A stretch of 64,000 nt of DNA from Eledone cirrhosa. Taxonomy: Eukaryota. Location: contig OZ024741.1 in the NCBI GenBank assembly GCA_964016885.1, forward strand, positions 136,524,001-136,588,000. The letters run 5' to 3'. A program made the translations under genes and the position numbers. Below the pieces are notes generated by a model. It did no database searches, had not been told where the DNA came from, and saw nothing but the letters and a program-made list of their open reading frames with translations. Shown here piece after piece: positions 15,759 to 28,920 of the stretch (its first letter is position 1; each line of letters opens with the position of its first letter).

Positions 15759-17803
15759 ATGGATAACACAAAAAAGAGAGAGAGCGCTGTCAGACAACAC
15801 AGAGAGAGGGAGATTTTATCAGCATGTCAACAAAACAGCGTTCCAGCGGAGGTAAATATAAACGAAAATATTACAAAGGAAAAAAAGATTGTTACAGATT
15901 TAAAATTACCAAATATTTCTAACACAAACAACACCAACAATAACACCAACAACATCACCAACAACAACACCAAAAATAACAGCAGTAAAGTCGAGAACGA
16001 CAATAACAAAAATAACAGCGGTAAGGTCGAGAACGACAATAACAAAAATAACAGCGGTAAGTCGAGAACGACAATAACAATGACAATAACAACAGCCACA
16101 ACAACAATAATAGTAGGAACAGTATCAACAAAAACAACAATAATAACAACAGCCACAATAACAGTAACAGCAGCAACAGTATCAACGAAAACAACACCAA
16201 CAACTGTACCAGCGAAAACAACAACAATGACACCGATACCTGTAATAGCGACCTCAGCACCACCAGTAAGACCAGTAGCAGCAGCAATAGTGGTGCTGCT
16301 GAAAAAGGGACCACTTCTTTTGCAGGTGTCGCCCGAAATATCGAGACAGTGTTAGTCACAGAGGAGGAGATGGCAGTCGCAAGGGCCATGGTGACAAGAA
16401 GCGCAAATAGAGTTTCCCTGAAACCTCCACCCGATTTTTTCAAGGACCAGCAGCTACGGACGGTGACTTATCGCACCGTAAGCAAAATCTCACATCGAGT
16501 GGAGAGAGCCACGGAGGCTCAAATCCAAAAGGCCTTGGGGTGCGTCTGGGCACGCAAAACCCACATCACCCGAGGCAGAAAGTACGCCACGGTAGACGTA
16601 CTTTTCGCCACCTCCCAGGAAGCAAAGTCTCATTCTTTGGAAACCCTAAAGAGTGAGGAGATAGTCTTGGTGCCCTCCTACTGCGGGCAGAAAATTGTGA
16701 GGGTCAAAGTGACCCAGGTCCCACCCGACGTGCCCACACCTTGGCTGGCCGCGTCTGTCCTTGCTGGAATTGAGAACAGGGCGACCATGCTGCAAGTAGA
16801 AAAAATAGGGAGAGAGAACTGGTCAGGTATAGGCATGCAAATGCTTATACAAACTGACCAGGAATGTATCGAGGCTATCCCCGATATCATAGACTTCGAA
16901 GAAGGACTCCAACTCCCTATAAGTGTAGAAGGAAGACGGCCAAAATGTTATCTCTGTGGGTCGAAAGGTCACCTCAGGGCCTTTTTCCCGCAGAAGACAC
17001 CGAAGAGGGCCCCTCTCCTTCCAATACCTGGTCCGCTGCTACCAAGAGCAGGACAGGCAACAAACGAAGAAGCCCCTTCCACGGTGAGTAGGAGGGAAAC
17101 GTCCGTAGCCCCCGTACCAAGGCCACGGATAACTAAAGCAGCATCATCAGTAGCGGCAACACCAATAGCTACATTTGAAATAGCTACACCAGCAACAAAA
17201 TTGCCGAAGAAGGCTCCACTACCACCACCAACAGCCGTGGAGCACATACCCCTCCCAGACGCCACAGAATCCGACATGGAGTTTGAGGCGGGAGTGACGT
17301 GGCAAACAGTCTGCCACAAAAAACAAAAAACAAAAAAACCCTTAGATTCACCCTCCAAAAGCGAAGGCATACAAAGAGGGGTAAAGGCAGCAAGAAAACT
17401 TACAGCAACACCACCACAAACACCAACAACGCAAACACAACAAGACACACAAACCAAACAGCAACAAGAAGAAAACGGCAACAAAATCACCCCTCCCCCA
17501 AAAAAGTACACAGCCATAAACATAGAAAAAAAAGAACTCATAAAATATATAAAGCAGCACACAGACATCACGGAAAAAAACTACTACACCCCACCAACAC
17601 CAAGAACTCTCCCGACAAACATAAGCATCATCGAAATCTCAATAGAACACTACAAACCTTTAAAACAAAAATTCCCCAACGCAGTTGGAGACTTCTGAGG
17701 GACGGTTACCAAGAGGATATACACTGACATCCTCTTGGAAACACCCATGACCAGCGAAAGGGACGGTTCTACTGTCCCTTCACCACACGAACAAGGTAAG
17801 TGA
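15759..17803 (+). pseudogene. Tx1 copy 1 ORF1 (Asn-rich N-terminus, degenerate CCHC knuckle), with frameshift and stop
   Basis: MDNTKK start; CYLCGSKGHLRAFF knuckle; one frameshift in the Asn-rich repeat; TGA at 17696, after which the same frame continues to EQGK* at 17803. Confidence 0.75.
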
Positions 17804-17835
17804 CCCTTTCTCATTTGCCCGGTTTCTCATCCAAC

Positions 17836-20800
17836 ATGGCTGTACTCAGAATAGGCAGTATAAATGCACGTGGCCTGGGGTCATCTTGGAAGCAGGGTCA
17901 CCTGCTCAATGACCTCAGGTCACTAAACATAGATGTGGTGGCCATCAGTGAAACCAGAATCTCCGAGGCACGGGCCTTCGCACCGATCTTTGGCGGCTAC
18001 GATGTATACGCATCTCCCAGCCGTCCAGGATCGGGGGAGGGGTTGCCGTCCTTTTTCGGAGAGGCTTGGATCTCGCGATACGGGCCATCTTCCTGGACCC
18101 AGAATGTAAGTCGGTGGTGCTGGATGTGACCGACAGCGAAGGCAATGCTTTCAGGCTAGTAGCCGTCTACGCCCCAACAGGGGCAGGACGGCCAGATTTC
18201 TTCAGACGTCTAGAGACCTTTCTTGGAACGTCCCGCTCTTTAGTGTTAGTGGGCGACTGGAACGGCATCTTGGATGCACACTGGGATCGGGTGGGGCTAG
18301 TGGATAGGGGAGGAGGGTGCAAGAGCCTCACCAACCTGCTCAGACGTTTTGAACTGTCTGACAGATATCGACTGGATCACCCGAATGTGCCAATATGGAC
18401 ATGGACAAACCGCATAGGGTCATCCAGATCGTATCTCGATAGGGTATTCTGCAGGGAATTAGATAAGGCTAGTATAAGTTGTCCACAATTTAAAATAGTC
18501 GACTACACAGACCACAAATTTGTGATCTGTGAGATCGACATAGACAGACTTCATAGACACGGCCTGTTTACTGGAAGCTAAACGCGTCTTTCCCGGCGCG
18601 CAAGGCCTACAGAGACCGGATTAGCGTATTAGTTAAGCGGGCGTTGACGGGAGCGGTCGTCAACAACAGGTGGTGGTTCGCCCTGAAAAGGGCAATTAAA
18701 GTAGAGTCGATTAGGTTTAGCAAAGGAATAGTGATAGAGGAAAATAGAGTAGAGGGAGAGCTAGTCAGAAAGCTAGAAGAGGCGTTTAGGACAGGCATCG
18801 CAACCGACGTGCTTGCAGCGAGATTGGCACTCGACCAATTCTTCAACGCAAAACACGAAGGCTGCGTTGTCAGAGCTAGAGCGCGTGCTCTGAAATACGA
18901 GGGGACAAAAGCCATCCAATGGGCCCGGGTGGCAGAGGCGCGACGTGGCAACAAAGCCACAATTCGGTCTTTTCCTGACCAAAACGAGTGCGTGATGCTC
19001 GAACCTGAGCGGGTGTGTGAAGCTTTTCAGCAGCACTTTGCTGAACTGTTCGGGAGCGGCGGCGGTCCGGATCGGGGCATGGACTTCAGTGTATACCTCG
19101 ACGGACTGCCTCGGCTCTCGACGACCGCAGCACAGTGTTGCGAAAAGCCAATAACAGCCGGTGAAATACGGGAAGCGATGGCTAACTGCACAAGAGGTAA
19201 ATTGCCAGGTTTAGATGGTCTGCCCTACGAGCTTTATGCATTTATGCCAGACTTGTTCGGTGACCTCTTGGCAGACGTCTACTGCAACTGGCAGCAGAAC
19301 GGGAGCATTCCCAGTTTTGTGAGTCGGGGAGCAGTGGCGCTGCTGAGAAAAGACCCGAACAAGGGGGATGTTATTGATAATTTCAGGCCCATAACCCTGC
19401 TAAACGCAGAGTTCAAGATTTTGGCCAAGGTGTTAGCAACGAGGTTGGCGCTTGTCGTCAAGGGTCTGGTGGGAGGGGCGCAGACATGCGCGATTCCGGA
19501 CAAATCCATACACGACAACCTCCATCTCATGCGATACATCATAGAGAGGGTGGTTAAGGAACCTGGCAAGGGTGGGGCCCTGATCAACTTGGATCAATCC
19601 AAAGCATTCGATAGGGTCGACCATCGGTACCTGGCGGCGGTCCTCGAGGCAGCCGGTTTCGGGCCCGTTTTCAGGCGTTGGATCGCAGCAATGTACAGCG
19701 ACATCTGCTCAGTTGTGAGGGTGAACGGTTACCTGTCGCAGCCGTTCAGCATCATGCGCTCAGTCCGCCAGGGTTGTCTCCTCTCGTCCCTCTTGTACGT
19801 ATTGGCTCTCGATCCGTTACTGCACAAACTGGGTGCGATGAGGGGCGTCCCACGCGAACTAGGATGCGGGAAATCCGAGTCGGCTTACGCTGATGACGTC
19901 ACCGTGTTGGTGTCGAGCACCAGACACGTCCAGATGCTCGGCACCGCTCTCAAGGAATACGAAGCGGTGACAGGAGCAAAGATAAACCAGGAAAAGTCGG
20001 TGGGCTTGCAGCTAGGCACCTGGAGAGGCAAGTCCATGCCGTCCGACAGCTCGTGGGGCGTTGGACGGACGGACCGGTTAAATTGCTCGGGGTCTGGTTC
20101 GGACCGGACCTCCAGATGGAGAAAAACTGGAACGAGGTGACGAGCAGGGGGGCCTCCCTCACCCAGAAATGGGCTGAGAGGAAGCTGTCCCTGAAAGGCC
20201 GGGCGGAAGTGGTGAATGCGTACATCGCATCCGTCATCTGCTACCGCCTCACCGTCGTCCCTTGCTCCAGCCCAACTCTCACCAAAATGGAGCGCCTCCT
20301 CTTCCGCTTTTTGTGGAAGGGACGCGCTCCCATGGTCAGACGATCCATCTGCTGTCAACACCCGTTGCGTGGAGGACTGGGCATGCCATGGCTGATGATG
20401 CGCAAACATGAGCTGAGACTGCGACATCTCTGGTGCTTCCTTGATGGTGAACGGGTGTGGTCGCCGTTCGCCAGGCACATTTTCCCACAGCTCGTCTCCT
20501 TGACGGAGCTGCAGTCCTGGGTCAGAAAAAGACCGAGGGATAGCGCTTGGAAACTGGAATGTCTCCAGGCGCTCACTGCCCTCTCCCAGTTGGGCACCAG
20601 TATCGGTGGAACATCCACCTCGGCGTTCTATAGAGGACTAGTGGAAGGGAAGAGCGACGACATTCTCGGAGAGATCCTGGGCGTCGAAGAAGATCAGCTG
20701 TTTGCTCGCTTCCGGAGAACTTTCAGCCCGGGGCCTATGGATAACTTCCAAAAATCACTGGCCTGGCAGTGCTACCGGGGAGCGCTGCCGATTCGATATA

Positions 20801-21200
20801 AGCTCTACAGGCACGGAAGTGCCGTCAGCCGAGCCTGTCCGAGATGCGCGACGAAACTGTTGTGTACGCACTCGTTCAGTGCCCGAATATTGCTGACTTG
20901 TGGAGCTATGTCGAACAGTTGCAGATGGTCTCGCCGTCTTCCTTCGAGGAGGAATGGCAGGCAGTTTTCATCTGCCTGGTGGCCATGGCGAAAGAGATTG
21001 TGTGGTGGACAAGGTTAAAAGGATTAAAGACAAACACTTTCCTCTTCGGCGAATCCCTAATTAACTTTTTCAAGTTTCACTTGAAGAGGAAAATCAGGGT
21101 GGAGAGGCAAGTGCTGCTTTCTAGCAAGTTTGTTGAAAGGTGGGTGAATGTAGCGAGAATGGTCCGAGTGAACGGGACCACTCTGAATATACGTCTGTAG
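17836..21200 (+). pseudogene. Tx1 copy 1 ORF2 (APE endonuclease + reverse transcriptase + C-terminal Cys region), frameshifted
   Basis: INARGL/SETR, GDWN, SYLDR, TDH; PGLDGLP, FRPITLLN, LDQSKAFDRVDH, RQGC, YADD; CPRC. Split over several frames. Confidence 0.9.
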
Positions 21201-21523
21201 TTTGAGAGATGGAAAAATTGAGAGAGGGCGCTTGCCCTGGTAGTCAGGGTGGCCGTGGTCTTTTGTGTGGTTTTCGCCACGAGTAACCCTCGGAGGTTTC
21301 CCCCCTATTGGGGAATTTTTCATTGTTTCAATTTTCATTTTATTGTTTATATATATATATATGTTTTATGTCTTTTTTTTTTCTTTTCTTATATAAATAA
21401 TAAAAATATTTACACGCACAAACCCACATCGTACCGTCCTGTACCATCCTGTTCCGTCTGTGATGTTTTTCTTGATGTCAGCCCTTGTGGCCAATAAAGA
21501 AATCATTATTATTATTATTATTA

Positions 21524-21579
<56 letters not shown>

Positions 21580-21784
21580 GGTCTAAGCGGACGTATTTTG
21601 CTCGCTCGCAGTAAGTCGCTTTATTTGCCTGTTTAAATTATTTGTTGTTAAATATTTCTTGTTGTGTAAGGGATATAAGCCCTTAGACTTTGCTCCGTGA
21701 AGGGGAAAGTATAATATTTGGGCCTTTTGCCCCAAATATTTGAACTTTTTTTTACATGTTAAAACATTTACGAAAAAAAAAAAC

Positions 21785-23761
21785 ATGGCTGGGCCACGCG
21801 CCCCAGCGATATGTCGGCTGTCGTGCAACAACGACGTAGAAGTTGAGAGGAGCGCTACAGCGAAATTAACACACATTGATAACACAAACACCACCACAAA
21901 CAAGGTAAACAAAGACACCAATGATACCAATAAGAACTCTAATTTGAAAAAAAATGACAGTAACAGCGACAACGAAAATACAGATAACAAAAAAAAAAAT
22001 AACAAATACAACAACAATATCAACACCACTAACATGAAAACAAATAGCGACAACACCAACAGCAACAATACCAACTGCACCGAGAACAACGGTGGCAGCA
22101 AAGACAACAATGATAACAGCGACAGTGCTAACAACAACACCAACAAGAACAACGTCAACAACACCCCCAACGAAAACAAGACCACTTTCGCTGCGGCAGC
22201 AGCAAAAAAGAGGCCATGCTTCAACATGGACCTCTCAAACAAAGATGAAAAGTTGGCCCAGGCATGGAAGCTCATCAAGCAAGAGCAAACTTGGGCCAAC
22301 TTAACTGTCCCGGTAGAAGCTATTGAGGCAGTGGAGCGCAAAACGGTGCATTATAGATACATCTCAGCACAAACCAAAAGGGCAGCTTTAATCCCACAAG
22401 AAGATGTCGAAGTCGCGCTGAGGTGCATCAGAGAAGACACCCAGTACATAGAGAGGGGCAGACAGTACGGCACCATTTCGGTGTTGTTCAAGTCAGAAGC
22501 CCTCGCGATGAGACACGCCATGACTCCTTGCAAAACCAGCAAGATCATAATGTACCCCTCCCACATGGGAAAAAGAACGGTCCGTCTCCGCAGTCCCAGA
22601 ATCCCACCAGGACTTGACATGTGGTGGCTTCTGGGATGTGTGATTGTGGAGGGGACGGATACAGTCCCTATAGAAGTGACCAGAACGGCCAGAGAGGACT
22701 GGTCCGGGGTTGACCTGGAGATCCTTCTCCAGATCAGGCCCGAAAATGTGAAGACAATCCCAGACCACATTCGACTTCAGAATGGGACTGTCATTCACAT
22801 TATGACCGAAGGCAAAAGGCCGCAGTGTTTTGTTTGTGGGGAAAAAACCCATTTGCGAGCCTTCTGCCCTCAACTGCTGAAAGAGGCAAAGGGTCGAAAG
22901 GCTCCACTGCTGCCGACGCCGGGGCGAGGACCACAACCAACACCTGCACCGGCAAAACCACCAACAACAACACCAATAGAAAAACCACCACCAACATTGA
23001 CCACCCAGGGGGGAAACGAGGAAAGCTGTCAAATTCCCCTTCCCCCAAAAAATACACACACCAATAAAACCTTAAACATACATACAGACACACTTACAGA
23101 CACAGACCCCTCATCTACCAGTAGTGAAGATGAGGGAAATCCAAAATCCCCCAAAATACAAAAAAGGAAACACAAAAAGAAAAAAAAAACTCAACAAAGC
23201 ACAAAAGCACCCACAATAAAAAACGCAAACACCACCCACGCAAACATCTCTCCAATAACACCAACATCAACACCACCATCACCATCACTAGAATCCCCCA
23301 AACGCAAACAACCGAAACAGACGCAAGAACAAATATACACACAAACATCTGAAACCACAGACACCGCACTCACAACAAACACAGATACAACCGAAACAAC
23401 ACCACCAAAACCATCACCACCACAGCCACGCAAACAAATAAAATCACACCAACAAAACATACAAAACTTCGTGCTCGTCAGGAGGGCCAACAAGGAACTG
23501 ATGGCCCTCGTAGCACGAAGTGAAAATATACAAAAAGAGGGGGAAATTTTTTAATCGAGCACATTTCGCGTGCCGGAAGATTTGGTTCTGGTGCGAATGT
23601 CGCTCGACATATTCAAAGAAATACGAGACAGCTTTCCTCGGGACGTGGGAACCCCGAACGTAAAACCCACTTTAAGACTTTTAAAGGGGTTCCCAAAAGA
23701 AACCCCGCTAACTATGGAGGTCGAACAACCCAACCTTCACAAGAGCCCGGAAGGTAAGTAA
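21785..23761 (+). pseudogene. Tx1 copy 2 ORF1 (Asn-rich, CCHC knuckle, Pro/Thr/Lys-rich), one frameshift near 23550
   Basis: CFVCGEKTHLRAFC; the C-terminal part continues in ORF 23570-23761, homologous to the copy 3 and 4 C-termini. Confidence 0.8.
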
Positions 23762-23792
23762 ACCTTCCTCTCTCTCTGTTTAACCTGCCAAC

Positions 23793-26700
23793 ATGGCCGT
23801 ATTAAGAGTAGGATGTTAAAATGTTCGAGGCCTGGGATCGTCCTGGAAACAGGGTCACCTGCTCAACGACCTCAGGTCTATAGAAATGGATGTAATTGCA
23901 GTCAGCGAGACCAGGATTTCCGATACGCGCGCACTAGCCCCCATGTTCGACGACTATCAGATCTTTGCATCTGTTAGCCGGCCGGGAATGGGAGGCAGGG
24001 TGGCAGTGCTGTTTAGGAAAGGCCTGGATCTCGAGGTAAGGTCGATCTTCCGGGACCCGGACGGGAAGTTGGTGGTCCTGGACGTGAACAATAATGAAGG
24101 TGGTGCCTTTAGACTGGTGGCCGTCTATGCTCCTACTGGGGCAGGACGGCCGGACTTCTTTAGACGCCTGGAAACCTTTCTGGGTACGTCTCGCCCTTTA
24201 CTGTTAGCGGGGGACTGGAACGGCATCTTAGACGCACGCTGAGACTGTGTGGGAGTATCCGATAGGAGCGGGAGGTGCAAAAGCCTCAAGAACCTGATCA
24301 GCCAGTTCCAACTGTCTAACAGGTACCGACTAGATTTCCCTAATGAGCCAGTGTGGACCTGGGCTAACCGCATAGGGTCATCTAGATCGTATATAGACAG
24401 GATATTCATTAGGAAAATAGACAGAAATAGTGTAAGCTGTCCACGTTTTGAAACGGTCGCCTATTCAGATCACAAGTTTGTAATCTGTATGGTCGACCTA
24501 GATAAGACGCGTAGGTTAGGACCTGGTTACTGGAAGCTAAACATGTCATTTCCGGCACGTAAGGCTTACAGGGACCAGGTCAACAATTTAGTTAAGAAAA
24601 AGTTGACAGGGGGAGTCGTCAACAATAGATGGTGGGGGGCTCTCAAAAGAGAGATTAGAGTAATGTCGATAGAGTTTAGCAAAGAAGTAGCATTAGAGAA
24701 AAATAGAAAGGAGGGGGAGTTGGTAGATAAGTTAGACGAGGCTATTGGTAGTGGCATTGCAACTGATGTGCTAGCGGCGAGAATGGCATTAGACCATTTC
24801 TCAATGCGAAACACGAAGGTTGCATTGTCAGAGCTAAGGCGCGTGCTCTGAGAAACGAGGGAACCAAAGCTGTTCGATGGGCCGGCGTGGCAGAGGCGCA
24901 GCGTGGTAATAAAACCACGATTCGGTCTTTGATGGACCGAGACGGGCATGAGCTGAGCGATTCCAAGAGGATGTGTGAGGCCTTTTGCCAACATTTTGCT
25001 CGGTTGTTCCGGGGAAGTGGCGGGTCAGAGATGGTGGCGGACTTCAGTCCCTACCTCGATGGCTTGGCGCAACTCTCAACGGCTGACGCTGGGCGCTGCG
25101 AAAGGCCAATTACTTCAGCCGAGATTCAGGATGCCCTTGTAGGCTGCATGAGGCGCAAGTCACCCGGTTTGGATGGTCTGCCCTACGAGCTTTACGTAAA
25201 TATGCCAGACTTCTTCTTCAATCTCCTCGAAGCCCTCTACTGCAACTGGAAGCAAAACGGGAGTATTCCCAGTTCTGTGAGCCGGGGCGTAGTGACGCTG
25301 ATAAGGAAAGACGAGAACAAGAGGGACACATTAGACAATTTCAGGTCCATAACTCTGCTCAACACAGAGTTTAAGATTTTGGCCAGGGTGTTAGCGAAGA
25401 GGTTGTCGTCGGGGATTTGGTTGGGGAGGCGCAAACTTGCGCAATCCCAAGCAGGTCCATACACGACAACCTCCACCTAATGCGATACATCATAGAGAGG
25501 GTAGGGTGTAAACCTGGCTTCGGTGGGGCTCTGATCAATTTAGATCAATCGAAAGCATTCGATAGGGTCGACCATCGGTACCTGGAGGCTGTCCTCAGGG
25601 CGGCTGGCTTCGGCCCCGTCTTCATAGGCTGGATCGCTGCAATGCACAGCGGCACCTGCTCGATGGTCAAAATTAATGGCCACCTCTCGGAACCGTTTCA
25701 AGTCTCCCGATCGGTCCGTCAAGGGTGCCCTCTCTCCTCCCTTCTATACGTATTGACTCTCGAGCCTTTACTGCGGAAGCTGGAGCTGTTGCAGGGCATC
25801 CCGCTCGAACGGGGACGCGGAAAGGCTGTGTCGGCTTATGCGGACGACATCACCGTGCTGGTGTCAGACACCTCAGAAATCGAGGTGGTCGGCAACTTAT
25901 TGGAGGAATATGAAAGTTTGACGGGAGCAAAACTTAACCCGGAAAAGTCAGTAGGCTTGCAACTCGGCACCTGGAGAGGCAAGTCCATGCCGTCCAACAG
26001 CGTCGTTAGGCGCTGGACGGACGGACCGGTAAAGTTGCTAGGGGTTTGGTTCGGGCCAGGCCAGGTGGATAAGAATTGGGACGAGGTGACGGGTAGGGTA
26101 GTCAGTCTCACCCAGAAATGGGCTGGGATGAAGCTATCACTGAAAGGTCGGGCGGAGGTGGCGAACGCGTACATCGCGTCCGTCATCTACTACCGTCTGA
26201 CTGTCGTCCCTTGCCCGCGTTCGCGCCTGTCATCTTGGAGCGGCTCCTCTTCAAATTCTTGTGGAGGGGCCAGGTTCCGCTGGTGAGGCGGTCCATCTGC
26301 TACCAACACCCTCTACGTGGAGGGCTGGGCATGCCGTGGCTAATGATGCGCAGGCACGCGCTGAGGCTGCGGCATCTCCAGATATTCTGCCTAAACGGTG
26401 AACAGGTGTGGTCGCCGTTTGTCAGACGGGCCTTTCCGCAGCTCGTTTCTTTGACTGAGTTGCAGTCCTGGGTCAAGAAGAGACCGAGACTGGGTGACTG
26501 GCATCTGGAATGTTGCCAGGCACTCACTGCCCTCTACCAGGCGGGCAATGCGGTCAGTGTAACTTCCACTCTCGAGTTCTATAGAGGATTAGTGGTGGGC
26601 AAGTGCGACGACGCACTCGGAGAGGCTCTGGGAGTCAACGAAGTCGAACTAACCAGTCTGTACCGGAGGACTTTCGAGCCGGGGACGATGGATAATTTCC

Positions 26701-27202
26701 AAAAATCCCTCGCTTGGCAGTGCTACCGGGGGCACTGCCGGTTCGAGATAAACTCTACAGGTACGGAAGTGCTGTCAGACGGACCTGCCCGAGATGCGCG
26801 CAGAGCGACGAAACCGTTCTGCACGCACTCGTCCAGTGTCCGTGCATTACTGACTTGTGGAGTTATGTTGAACAGCTGTTGTCGCGTGTAGAACGGATCC
26901 GGCTATCGGCCGAGTCCATAGTGAAGATCGACCCACCGCCTTCTTTTGGCCAGGAAGGGCAGGCAATTTTCCTCTGTCTGGTGGCAGTAGCGAAAGAGGT
27001 TGTATGGTGGACGAGGTTGAAAGCACTGAAGACAGACACTTTTCTCTTCGGCCAATCCCTCATCAACTTTTTCAAGTTTCACTTGGAAAGGAAGGTCAGG
27101 GTCGTGAGAGAAGTGCTGCCCCCCAGTACATTTGCTGAAAGGTGGGTGAATGTGGCGAGAATGGCTCGTGTGAGTGGGCCTACTCTGGTCATGCGGCTGT
27201 AG
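23793..27202 (+). pseudogene. Tx1 copy 2 ORF2 (APE-RT), multiple frameshifts/stop
   Basis: SETR, GDWN, SYIDR, SDH, SPGLDGLP, LDQSKAFDRVDH, RQGCPLS, YADD, CPRC..ETVLHALVQC. Confidence 0.9.
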
Positions 27203-27495
27203 GTAGGTAAATTTGAAGAGGAGAGGGGTGCCCTTCCAGGGTTCTCTCGAAGCGTCGGGTCGTTCAGGACTGGTGGGGTACCTGAGCGAACCCTAGGTGG
27301 TCATCCCCCCTATTGGGGAATTTTTTCTTGTTGTAATTTTCTTGTTACTTTCTTTATTGTTACTTTGTTTATTCATATTGTTTACTCGATTTTTCTGTAA
27401 AACCCCACTGTCCCAGTCTTTTGTATTGTCCCCTATATGTCGGCCCTTGTGGCCAATAAATGAAATCATTATTATTATTATTATTATTATTATGC

Positions 27496-28075
27496 TTCTT
27501 CTTCTTCTTCTTCTTCTTCTTCTTCTTCTTCTTCTTCTTCTTCTTCTTCTTCTTCTTCTTCGCCCACTTATTCCTTAGTGGGTCATGGAGGCAGAGTCTT
27601 CAAACAATTGATCCGGTTGGATCCCCTGGTGAAACTCGTTGAGCTCATAGATGTTATCCAACGATTTTCTCAAGGTCTACCCACTGGGTCTCCTGCCCGT
27701 TGGTTTTGCTCATAAAATATGTAGCGATGTTTTCCTGTGACATTCTAACCACATGTCTGCAGTATCAGAACTGTGATTTCTCATTTCGGAGAAATACTGA
27801 CTCTACCTTGATCTCCGAGTTACCCACCCTATCGAGTAATGTTGCTCCAAAGACCCTTCGGAAGAAACCCATTTCGGACGCTTAGATTCGCTATCGTATT
27901 CTTTCGGTCATTAACCAAGATATATGACCATGGGTAAGCGTTGGCACGAATAGCTCTGAGAGATATAATCATAAAAAAACATGTAACACAAGGCCACATA
28001 AAACTACTACCCCGATTACACAACTGAAGTAGTTCATTTAATAAAACTTTCTGACGATGTTTCAAAAAAGGAAAT
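27496..28075 (-). mobile_element. Decayed 3' fragment of RTE-type LINE with (GAA)n tail
   Basis: Minus-strand reading ASEMGFFRRVFGATLLDRVGNSEI..HVVRMSQE resembles RTE post-RT C-termini; ends in (GAA)n on the minus strand. Confidence 0.6.
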
Positions 28076-28217
28076 GATCCGATCGTCTGATCGAACCAAG
28101 AAAACTATGTTTCTATTGGTCTTTCAATTGCTCATGCATACATACATACACACATACATACATACATACATACATACATACATACATACATACATACATA
28201 CATACATACATACATAC

Positions 28218-28826
28218 ATGGTGGCTGCCAACTCGTTTTCGAGTATGGCCACTACTTTATATCCATGTAGGAGAAACCCTACCGATGCGCTGAACGAGTG
28301 TGACTTTTCAGTCCATCCAGCGACTTGAAAACTCTGGTACAAACACTACACTTGTGACAATTATTGACACATAGTGCTGGGCACATGGTACCATGTGACG
28401 ACAAGTGCAGAGAGATCTCCAGATATAAAGCAATGCTGTGCCGTGAAGCTTTTATAGTGAGGAAAGGCACTGCACAAAGTCAGTCCCACTCTCTTAACCA
28501 AGATGATATTTACCAAAAAGAAGAACAAGTCAACATCATTGGATACCATCAGGGTTGCAGGTGTTATATCAGAGTTTTCCTTCTCCTAGAATTCTGCCTT
28601 GACAAAGGCTAAGGGGTCATCTCTCCCGGTGATTTTGGATGGCCATTGACTCTTAAGAGCTCCTTTGCCCTTTGACAGGTTTTGTTTTTAGTCCTGCAGG
28701 ATGTCAAAAGTCACCCTCCTCACCAAGAAACCTTGGTGGGGTTGCCAGTTTAGTCGCCAACGACCCGACTATGAGACAGGTTGTACTGGGATACATGTTA
28801 CCAGTAGCACCAACTGGTGACCTGAC
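28218..28826 (-). mobile_element. Bipartite non-autonomous RTE-derived element, copy A, between (TACA)n tracts
   Basis: Homologous to 30347-30390 plus 37080-37573. The minus strand encodes CSVCTRVFKSLDGLKSHTRSAH, a C2H2-like terminus typical of some RTE ORF ends. Confidence 0.55.
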
Positions 28827-28920
28827 ATACATACATACATACATACATACATACATACATACATACATACATACATACATACATACATACATACATACAT
28901 CCATACATACATACATACAT

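Larger units (their letters stand above)
15550..21504 (+). mobile_element. Tx1-like (L1 clade) non-LTR retrotransposon, copy 1, full length, decayed
   Basis: 5'UTR, zinc-knuckle ORF1, APE-RT-Cys ORF2, 3' end gcccttgtggccaataaagaaatc; flanked by (ATT)n on both sides. Confidence 0.9.
21580..27467 (+). mobile_element. Tx1-like non-LTR retrotransposon, copy 2, full length, decayed
   Basis: Same architecture as copy 1; starts GGT after (ATT)n and ends ggcccttgtggccaataaatgaaatc followed by (ATT)n. Confidence 0.9.
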
